Source: Candidatus Undinarchaeota archaeon
GTDB taxonomy: Archaea > SpSt-1190 > JASMDC01
Direction of reading: 5' to 3'
DNA: 64,000 nt
Assembly (NCBI GenBank): GCA_964519305.1
Contig: CAZFHY010000001.1
Location: forward strand, 474,132-538,131
How positions within the stretch are numbered: position 1 is the stretch's first letter; each line of letters starts with the position of its first letter. The translations under genes were made by a program, and so were the position numbers. This document shows, piece by piece, positions 16,912-25,600 of the stretch. The notes under the pieces are model-generated. The model was not told where the DNA came from. It ran no database searches and worked only from the letters and a program-made list of their open reading frames with translations.

Positions 16912-18327
16912 ATGGGACTTGAGATGCTGATGTCAGGACCGCTCATGATCGCAGTTGCCGCTGTGCTCGCAATCGTGCTCGGTGTTGTGGTGGTTTCGCT
17001 CGTGCGTGGTATGCTGAACATGATGCTCGCATCGCTGCTGATTATCACAGTGTTACTTACTGCCGAGATGTTCTTCGCCTTCTACCTCTCTACAGAGGGG
17101 AGCATGAAGGATAGTCTTGATGTATTGATACAGGACGATGACCTCGCAAAGATCGTGGACATCATCGTCGTTGCCATCGACGAGGAACATGATGAGTTCA
17201 AGCTCGACGGTCCGACGAAAACGGCCCTAGTGGAGGGGATCACCGAGTCTGATAAAGATAAGGTGAACATTGCAGTGGGCGCCATCCTCTTCGACAAGAT
17301 GGAGAAGGAGCTCGCTGACAAGGATCTGCACAAGAAGCTGGGTGTCGACAAACTCGAGCTGTCGGGCGATCAGAAGCAGCTTCTGGCAAAGAAGATGATC
17401 GAGGAGAACGACACCGAAGAGATCAAGAAGGAGCTCGTTGCACAGATCCAGCTGGCCGCGATCCGTGAGGCCGCGCTCACAGAACCCGGTGCGAAGCAGG
17501 GCATGGACGAGAAGGTGGAGAACCTCTACGGTAATGCTCTGGGAGACGCACTCGTCGGCACCATCCAGACCGCGGGGAAGGCCCTTGGCGCGGATACGAT
17601 CCTGCCCATCACCGATCCCCAGGTCATCAAGTTCAAGGAGCTCCAGGCGAGCGTGAAGGGGAGCGCTGACTTCTCGAAGAAGTACAAGGAGATGAACATC
17701 GGCCTCTCTGGCTCGCTCTCCGAGCCCAAGGCGATGTTCCAGGAGCGGGGCCCTGAGGCCATCTTCGCTATCGCCCTCCCATTGATCTCAAGCCCTTTCG
17801 CCATGGTGTTCCCCCTGGTGAACGATGAGCTGAGCCCGGCCGAGCTCAACGGGAAGCTCAAGACGGGTTTGATCATCTTCGTGGTGCTCGACCTCATCCT
17901 CGGAGGAGGGCTGTTCCTCATCAACGGAGTGCTCAGTCTGAGCATCTCTACGGGATTCAAGGACGCCTTCAAGTACTTCGGTATCGCACTGATGATCGCA
18001 GGTGTGCTGCTATTCGGGTTAATGAAAATGGGTACGAAGGTCACCTCGATCCTCGACGATGACGGGCCCATCATGAGCCGGATGGAGGGCGAGACGCTCG
18101 AGAGCCGCATCGGCCTTGGAGTGTCCAGGATCTACATCAGCAACATCCGCGACCAGGTAAAGGTCAGTCTGGAGAAGCGCACAATGGGTGGTATCGGACT
18201 GGTGCTTATCGGCGCCTGTTCCTATGCTAACTCGATATTGGGCATCTTCCTAACTGGCAAGGGTAAGAAGAAGGAGACGAAGCCGGAACCACAACCGGAG
18301 CCCGAACCGGCCAAGGAAGAAGAATAG
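16912..18327 (+). CDS. Hypothetical polytopic membrane protein
   Basis: 471 aa; two N-terminal TMs, charged helical domain, ~4 further TMs, KPEPQPEPEP tail; TATA TTTTTAAA at ~16869. Confidence 0.8.
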   Translation: MGLEMLMSGPLMIAVAAVLAIVLGVVVVSLVRGMLNMMLASLLIITVLLTAEMFFAFYLSTEGSMKDSLDVLIQDDDLAKIVDIIVVAIDEEHDEFKLDGPTKTALVEGITESDKDKVNIAVGAILFDKMEKELADKDLHKKLGVDKLELSGDQKQLLAKKMIEENDTEEIKKELVAQIQLAAIREAALTEPGAKQGMDEKVENLYGNALGDALVGTIQTAGKALGADTILPITDPQVIKFKELQASVKGSADFSKKYKEMNIGLSGSLSEPKAMFQERGPEAIFAIALPLISSPFAMVFPLVNDELSPAELNGKLKTGLIIFVVLDLILGGGLFLINGVLSLSISTGFKDAFKYFGIALMIAGVLLFGLMKMGTKVTSILDDDGPIMSRMEGETLESRIGLGVSRIYISNIRDQVKVSLEKRTMGGIGLVLIGACSYANSILGIFLTGKGKKKETKPEPQPEPEPAKEEE

Positions 18328-18336
18328 GGGTAATCG

Positions 18337-18365
18337 TGACGGGCCGTTCCATGAGCGGCCCGTCA
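18337..18365. terminator. Stem-loop after 16912-18327 gene
   Basis: TGACGGGCCGTTC-CAT-GAGCGGCCCGTCA, 13-bp stem with one G-U, 10 nt after stop. Confidence 0.6.
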
Positions 18366-18655
18366 TACCCAGAATTATGAATGAACCCCGATTAGGCCCA
18401 AACATCATCGTTTAACACATTATTTCCCACAGGGAAAGGTAGGGAAGATATTCCGCTCGTATCGGTAAGAATGGAATGATTTACTAGGACCATGATAACC
18501 GCTCTCAAAACAATCTCCCCAATCCTAATATACCGGTAGAGATTGGATAATTATACGGAAAAACAAGCCACTCCCAGCCTCTGCAATAGTTTGCTCGATG
18601 AGCGTGTCGCACGAGCCCGGGAAAGGGCAGGGGTGAGGGCGGGCCTTTAGAACGA

Positions 18656-19168
18656 TCAGGTGGTGGTCTTGGTCTCCACGGTCAGATCCGTGAGGTTGAG
18701 GTTCACCAGATCAAGGACAAGGTCCTCCCTGTACTCGACCCCTTGGGCGGAGCTCACATGAATGACATGCTTGCCCGGCTCGAGCTCCAGACACCACCCC
18801 GTCTTGTCGCACAGCGGGATGGACTTTGTGACACCACGTTCCAGGACCTGCCCCGTATCGATACGTTTTACGCTCTCCAGGTCCCCCCCCACATCGATGG
18901 TGAGGTCGGTGAGATCGTTCTCGCTGAGGTTCTTGAGATAAATGGAGAGCTTGTTGTCGTGACCCGGGCCGATCCATACTATGTCCAAGTCCCGCTCCCG
19001 GACGATGTCCTCCTGCTTATTGCTCCACTCTCGCGCGATTAGCTGTCCCAGGTAATTATAGGCGTTGTACAGCACTCCGAACACCATGATGGAGATGAAC
19101 GTCATGAGGAGCGCCCCCATGACCGGCGCTTGAGCGCGTGTGCCGTATATCATCCGCCGCCGCATCAT
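18656..19168 (-). CDS. Archaeal type IV pilin-like protein (class III signal peptide)
   Basis: MMRRRMIYGTRA/QAPVMGALLMTFISIMVFG: basic N-terminus, RA/Q cleavage site, hydrophobic helix, small beta domain. Confidence 0.75.
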   Translation of the reverse strand: MMRRRMIYGTRAQAPVMGALLMTFISIMVFGVLYNAYNYLGQLIAREWSNKQEDIVRERDLDIVWIGPGHDNKLSIYLKNLSENDLTDLTIDVGGDLESVKRIDTGQVLERGVTKSIPLCDKTGWCLELEPGKHVIHVSSAQGVEYREDLVLDLVNLNLTDLTVETKTTT

Positions 19169-19226
19169 CCTTGTTAGTTCCTAGGCACTGTCGGATTATA
19201 AGCTTTCTGGGGACACAGAGATCGAA

Positions 19227-21125
19227 CTAGCCCTTCAGAGCTGTCTGGAGCCGTTGACGGATCGCTTGAGCGACTAGCTTGCCATCGACCTTCCCTCGGA
19301 CCTCCTTCATGGCAAGGCCCATGAGCGGGGCGAACGCGCGCTCCCCCTTGGCCTCAATAATACCTGCCTTCTCGCTGAAGATACGGTCGACGATCGTATC
19401 AAGCTCGCCTCCGGAGACGCTCTCCACTTCGATGGGCTCGCCCTTTGCCAAGCAGACAAGAGCCTGCGGTATCGCCTCCTTCGCGAGCTTCCCTTCGGCG
19501 AGCAAATTAAAGAGCTCCATGAAGCCCTCCTCATCGATCTCGTCCGTATCAATCCCCTCCTTACGCCGGACCTCGACCACGATGGTCGTGAGGATCGACG
19601 CGGCCACGGTGGGATTGATATCAAAACGCTCCACGGCCCTGTCGAAGAGGAACATGTGCCGCGAGCGGATGAGCTGCCCGGCGAGGTCGTCAGAAAGCCC
19701 CATCCCCAGATAGCGCTTCTTTCGCTGGATCGGAGTCTCAGGAAGGTCGTCCTCCGCTTCCTGTTGCATCCGTTCTGTAACCGAAATGGGTGGTAGATCC
19801 GTCTCAGGGTACATCCGCTTTGCCCCGGGTAGGGGACGAGCATAGGACGTAGTGGCATCATCGTGGTTGGGGGCCCGGGTCTCCTCGGGGATGCCCACCA
19901 GAAGGTAACGGGCACGCTCCACGACCGCGTCCACCGCCTTGCGGGCAATCCGATCGGGTCCTGCTGCAATGAGCACTAGGTCGCCATCGCTTGCAGATAG
20001 CGAGGTACGAAGTGCGGTGAACTCCTTGACGAGATCGTACTTCTTTAGATCCTCGTCGGAATGGATTATTCCGCCAACACCTGCTGCAACAGCGTAATCG
20101 GCCAGCTCCCGGCCGAGTGTGCGTCCTGTGCACACCTCCTTCTTCAACCTACCATCGAATCCGGGTAGTCGGGTCGCCACGACACGTCCACCGTCCTTGA
20201 TGAGCTTTGCCAGGAACTTGGTCTTCACGTTCGCGAACGTTTCGGTGACGTCCAGAACGTCGCCGGGTATCTTGTCTAGCCCGGCGGCCTTCAGTTCATC
20301 CTTGATCTTGAGCAGGGATTCCTGTCGCGTGGTCTCGTTCTCCACGAGCTTGGAGAGGGAACGCAGGTCCTGCCATCCTTTCACCTCGATACGCGCCCCT
20401 CCGAAGATGGATATGTTCACGTCCTGCCGGATGGTCCCGATGCCGCGTTTCATGGCACCGGTGGCCCGGAGCATGAGCCCTATCGTCTCTGCGACCTCCC
20501 GTGCGTGTTCGGGATCAACTATGTCAGGGCACGTACCCAGTTCCACGAGTGGGATGGAGAGACGCGATAGGCTGAAGTGCCTCGTTCGACCCTTGGACCG
20601 CTTGTTATCGATCTTGGCCGCCTCCTCCTCGATAAAGAGGGACTCGATACCGACGGGTGTCTTGGAGGTCTCGAGCACGGATCCCTCGGTCTGGACACCT
20701 ATCTGACATGTGCGCTGGAATCCCGATGTGTTGCTCCCATCGACGACGCTCTTTCGCATGACGAAAAGCTCGTCAGGGACCTTTAGACCGAACATGCGAG
20801 CTACGACCAGCCCGACATGGAGCGCACGTGGATTCATCTGATGCGGCGGTTCCTCGTCAAGCTCAACTAGACAGGCCTCCCCCTCGTAAAGATGGTAGTG
20901 GAACTCCCTGTCGCGGAACATCTCGTACTGTGCAGCGGGGTCCACCTCGCCGAGCTCACCGGCGACGGCGCGCAGCTTGCGTACCACTGCACGGGTCTCA
21001 GCTCCCTCTGTGAGAGCGCTCGAGCACGGGCAGAAGAGCTTGCCCGTCTCTAGTTCCTGGTGGAACTCCAGCCCGCACTTGAATCCGAGTTTCTTGTACC
21101 TGTCATGCGTTTTCTCGGCCATCAT
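19227..21125 (-). CDS. gatE: Glu-tRNA(Gln) amidotransferase subunit E
   Basis: KCGLEFHQ, GKLFC, DEEPPH, MRKSVVDGSNTSGFQRT, GIGTIRQDVNISI, RPLPGAKRMYPETD. Confidence 0.97.
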   Translation of the reverse strand: MMAEKTHDRYKKLGFKCGLEFHQELETGKLFCPCSSALTEGAETRAVVRKLRAVAGELGEVDPAAQYEMFRDREFHYHLYEGEACLVELDEEPPHQMNPRALHVGLVVARMFGLKVPDELFVMRKSVVDGSNTSGFQRTCQIGVQTEGSVLETSKTPVGIESLFIEEEAAKIDNKRSKGRTRHFSLSRLSIPLVELGTCPDIVDPEHAREVAETIGLMLRATGAMKRGIGTIRQDVNISIFGGARIEVKGWQDLRSLSKLVENETTRQESLLKIKDELKAAGLDKIPGDVLDVTETFANVKTKFLAKLIKDGGRVVATRLPGFDGRLKKEVCTGRTLGRELADYAVAAGVGGIIHSDEDLKKYDLVKEFTALRTSLSASDGDLVLIAAGPDRIARKAVDAVVERARYLLVGIPEETRAPNHDDATTSYARPLPGAKRMYPETDLPPISVTERMQQEAEDDLPETPIQRKKRYLGMGLSDDLAGQLIRSRHMFLFDRAVERFDINPTVAASILTTIVVEVRRKEGIDTDEIDEEGFMELFNLLAEGKLAKEAIPQALVCLAKGEPIEVESVSGGELDTIVDRIFSEKAGIIEAKGERAFAPLMGLAMKEVRGKVDGKLVAQAIRQRLQTALKG

Positions 21126-21134
21126 GTCCACCTC

Positions 21135-22484
21135 CTAATACCTGAACGACGCCGGGTCCGATCCCGGCGACACCTCCCCAGCGATGTTCTCGAGCATCAT
21201 CTTTTTCGCCTCAGCGACATCGGACGTGTGCCCGAGCACCCACGCCAGCTTGATGTAAGCGGTCTCAGGTAACATGTCCTCGAGGAATATCACTCCCCGC
21301 TCGAGCATAAGACGGCCGTTCTCGTATACATAGGGATCGAGGCGTCCGTACATGCATTGGGGAGCAAAGCATACGATCATGCCCTCATCGCGGGCACGCT
21401 CGAGGGCCGGGAGCCAGGACTTCTCCTTGTCCAGTGTCTGTGTGGGGACATGGCCCAGACCGGTCGCTTCCACGACAACTCCCCTGAAGCCCTTGTCGAT
21501 GTAATGGTGTAGGATCCCAGGATCCTGATTCGGACATACCTTGAGCAGGGCTACTTTTTCCTCCATGGCGGTGTCCGCCGTGACAGTCACAGCATCATCG
21601 CGCTTGACGTACGCCTTATCGAGCACCTCGATACGGCCGTCGGGCCAGGTCTTGGCGATCGGCGGGGCGTTGACCGGTCTGAAGGCATCCCGTCGGGATG
21701 TATGGAGCTTGCGCACCTTGGTCCCCCGTGTCACCAGGCAGTACGAGTCGTCGCTCTCGCCATGCATGACCAGGGTGACGCCCGCTATGTCCGACGTAGC
21801 AGCGATCCGTGATCCGCAGATGAGGTTGATTGGGCCATCGAAGGAGCCGCGGTCAGCTGAGCGCTGAGCGCCCACTAGGCAAACGGGTTTCCTAAGGTCC
21901 TTGAGCATGAAGGAGAGCGCTGCTGCGGTGTAGTGGAGGGTATCGGTACCATGCGTGAGCACGGCACCGAGTGCGCCATCGTTGAGTTCGCTCGCAACGG
22001 CCTCGGCCAGCTGCTGGTACTCGCCGAAGGTCATGTCCTCGCTGGCGATGGTGAAGGGTGAGAGCACGTTCCTGAACGTTACCACATCGGCGAGCTCGGG
22101 CACAGAATAGAACACCTCCTCCGGCTTCATGAGCATGTGCACAGCGCCTGTGCGATAGGAAACACGGGAGGCGATCGTACCTCCTGTAGCGATTAGAGAG
22201 ATGGCAGGGAGGTCGTCCCGGGTCGGGAAGTCGCGGGTCGGGAACTGCTCCAGTTCCTGTCGATGGTCCATACGCTCGATGGTCGTGTTTGTTTCGGGCT
22301 TCAGCCCGATATTGTAGCCGTTATCGAGCTTCAGGGTGAGAGTATTCGTGTCACCGAGCTCGATGCGTGGAAGAAGGAGGCCCTCCACCACGACCGGTCC
22401 ACTGGTGATCCGGACACGGTCCCCGGGACGGACGGAGGCCGCGTCGAGCAGCCCCTTGGTCGTCTTGGAATAGGACATGGTCAC
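21135..22484 (-). CDS. gatD: Glu-tRNA(Gln) amidotransferase subunit D
   Basis: KLDNGYNIG, TGGTIAS, HGTDT, GAQRSADR, KLHTSRRDAF, EDMLPETAYIKL; adjacent to gatE. Confidence 0.97.
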   Translation of the reverse strand: MTMSYSKTTKGLLDAASVRPGDRVRITSGPVVVEGLLLPRIELGDTNTLTLKLDNGYNIGLKPETNTTIERMDHRQELEQFPTRDFPTRDDLPAISLIATGGTIASRVSYRTGAVHMLMKPEEVFYSVPELADVVTFRNVLSPFTIASEDMTFGEYQQLAEAVASELNDGALGAVLTHGTDTLHYTAAALSFMLKDLRKPVCLVGAQRSADRGSFDGPINLICGSRIAATSDIAGVTLVMHGESDDSYCLVTRGTKVRKLHTSRRDAFRPVNAPPIAKTWPDGRIEVLDKAYVKRDDAVTVTADTAMEEKVALLKVCPNQDPGILHHYIDKGFRGVVVEATGLGHVPTQTLDKEKSWLPALERARDEGMIVCFAPQCMYGRLDPYVYENGRLMLERGVIFLEDMLPETAYIKLAWVLGHTSDVAEAKKMMLENIAGEVSPGSDPASFRY

Positions 22485-22638
22485 GAAGGGCGGGACCAGA
22501 AATATAAAACTAGTGGGGACGGGGACCGCGGGGCCCGATTGTTCGTATCCTATAACAATACCTTAATAAGGTATCCACGCCTTCGCCTGATAAAGAGCTA
22601 TAAATCGTACGCTCTCAACGGTTTTGGAGGCCATTTTC

Positions 22639-25600
22639 ATGAAGGCGAAGGCATATACGACCCTTTCAATCATTCTAGCGCTGTTCATCGCGCTCGGTAC
22701 AGCCGCGGGATGCGACTATTCGGCTGGTGAGAACTGCCAGACCAAACCAAACATCTGTCCCTGCGATCTTCCCGAGTTCCCAAACTGCGATCCTTCGCAC
22801 GCCGACGCCGATGAGCGTGGATGCTGGGGCGAAGGCGGTAGCGGTGGCGCTACCGACTGTGGCCAGCACGTCACACAGGCAGCCTGCGACGTCACAGGTA
22901 TGTGCAAGTGGTGCGAGGGCGACTCGGCACCGAACAGCTGTTTCCCCATGGAATACACTTGCCAAGGGAGCACCGGCGGTTACTGTGGCGACAGCAATTG
23001 TGCAGGCACCGAGGGCGAGGACTGCAACACCTGTTCACAGGACTGTGGCTGCCCTTCTGGTGACATCTGCAAGAGCGACGGGCACTGTTCGCCGGACACA
23101 GCTACCTCTGGCTACTGCGGCGACTACTCATGCAATCCTGGCGAGGATTACACTACCTGCTGCAAGGACTGCAAGTGCCCTGACGGCACGCTCTGCGATA
23201 CCAACTCGAACACATGCGTCACCGACACCAGCAGCAGTAGTAATGACGACAGTGGCTACGTCTGCTGCCAGCCCTCGGAAAGTGGGGCTGATGCATGCCG
23301 CGTGGATCTCGGGGGCGCCTGCCCGAACGGATTCTCGCACCTCGATAACGAATGGGTGGATCCGTACAACCCCGCCAACTGCATCTACCCGGGACCGGGC
23401 GCGACGAACCCGCCCTTCTGTCCGGCGGACGGCAGCGGGACGAGCTCTGGGGACTACATCCCCCCCCGGCCCCCGTCCTACGACACCTGCGGCAACTGCC
23501 ACTGGGAGTGCATGTTCGAGGACAATAAGCCCGATTACGAGTGCGACAACCAGTGCGGGTCCGTGTGCGACACGGGGACCACATACCAGCCCGACCCGTC
23601 CTCAGAGCCTTCCGACCAGTGTCAGAACTGCCTCGACAAGTGCATGTACGAGATGCACCGCTCGAGCACGGAGTGCAAGGGGTTCTGCGAGTACGACTGC
23701 GGTGGTGCTGACGAGCCCACACCCACACCTTATACTTCAACGACCGATACCGGAGACCAGTGCGACAACTGCATGGACAAGTGCCGGTACGAGATGGGCC
23801 GTTCGACCTCTGAGTGCGAGGGCTTCTGCGAGTACGACTGCGGCGGAGGGGACACGGGTACAGATGACTTCGACACGTCCACTCCTTGTGGACAGTGCGA
23901 GTACCAGTGCGAGGTAGTGGAAAGGAAACCGGTCTACGAGTGCGATAAGATATGTGCACCCAAGTGCTCGGATTCGCCTCTCTTTGATAACGAATGCGAC
24001 AAGTGCTTCTACCAGTGCGTAGAGGTAGAGGGGAACTCGGAGTACAGATGCAAGGACAGGTGTCGGCCGGCCTGTGAGGGCGGCACGGAGCAGCCATCGG
24101 GCAACGAGTGCGATAATTGCTTGTACAAGTGCGTAGAGGTGGAGGGGAACCTGGAGTACAGGTGCAAGGACAGGTGCCAGCCGGTCTGTGGGAGCATTCC
24201 GGAACAGCATGATGATTGCGGTATCTGCACCCACGAGTGCGAGGTCGTCGAACGTAGGCCCACCTACGAGTGCAAGTCGCTCTGTCGTGACGTCTGCGAT
24301 GTGCCATTGGACACGGGTGATGCCCCCGACGTTAGAATCATCCCGACGACGGTCCGCCTGTACGAGCCCATGAACATTTGCAGAGGGAAGCTGAGCCTCG
24401 ACGACGTCGACATGACCCGTTCCGAGGCTTTCTTCACAGCCGTGCGACCTGATGGTGCCAAGGAAGGATTCAACATCAAGTTCGACGAGTTGAGATACTA
24501 CCCGTTCTTCATTCACTTCGGTACATTTGCCGTCCATGCGGACGAGAGCTCGAGCCTTGAGCGCGATGCCGCCAACATCAACATCCACAAGACCCCCGAG
24601 TGCGGGCCTTTCCCACCGCCGGACGACATCGGGGGTTCTGATGACGGCGGATGGCAGCCTTCGGGGGACGATATCCCCCCCAAGCCCCCGATCTACGACC
24701 GCTGCGGGACGTGCAAATGGAAGTGTGAGTTCGAGCAGAACCGTCCCGAGTACGAGTGCCGGGACGAGTGCGGCATTGTGTGCGGGGAGACCGAGGATCC
24801 CTGGGGAACGGACGAGTCCGATGAGTTCGACCTGTCAGAACCACCGTCCTACGCCTTCCGGGACCGACCTATGGAAGGCGGCTTTGTCGGTCGCCCCCTC
24901 CTGCTCAAGCTCAACGAGCCCGTCGAGGTGTGCGGGATGCAGTTCGAGGCGCTCGCCATCAATCCGGAGGAGCGCGTTCTGATGATAAAGGCAGTGTGGC
25001 CCGATGGTAAGGCCGAGGAGGTCGGTGTCGATATAGACCAGGTGCTCGCGGGGACCATGCACGGCCTCGTCAAGCACTTCGACACGGTGTCGCTCCACGT
25101 CCCCGAGCCTGATAACGAGGAGGACAAACCGCCAATCGCCCGGAACTGGGCCGTGCTCGCCGCGATGATACGGACGGACTGTGCGCCGTTCTCCCTCTCG
25201 GACCTCATGCGAGGACCTGGCGAGGATCCGACCGAAGGGCCAGGTGACGGGGATGCCATCGTCGCTGACATCGAGATACTGGACGACGGTCGGTTCATCA
25301 CCAAGCTCGAGCGAGGTCAATGGACTCTCGTGTGCAGCCGAAGGGTGCGGTACCTGGACCTCAAGGACGGCGGCAAGGTGGCCGTCGTCGAGGCGGACAC
25401 AGGGATCCGGATGCGCGAGCTACTCTTCAGAGCGGACACGTTCCACGATGAGGACGGCCGCGAGGTCACGGATGAACAACGCGTTGGCCTCAACATGGTA
25501 AAAGCGCTCAAGGACGGATTCCATGACGGCAACGTCCTCGCCATCCTCGTGAAGCCAGATCTCAGGTGTTCGGAGGAGCTCAAACAGCAGACGGGCGAGC

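Noticed and set aside
18366-18655. AT-rich gap between convergent genes
   Set aside because: Only a 7-bp inverted repeat (CAATCTC/GAGATTG); no convincing ORF, RNA motif or repeat array.
23460-23467. C8 run as a phase-variation tract in the giant gene
   Set aside because: It is short and explained by Pro-Pro codons; the sister module has similar C-runs.
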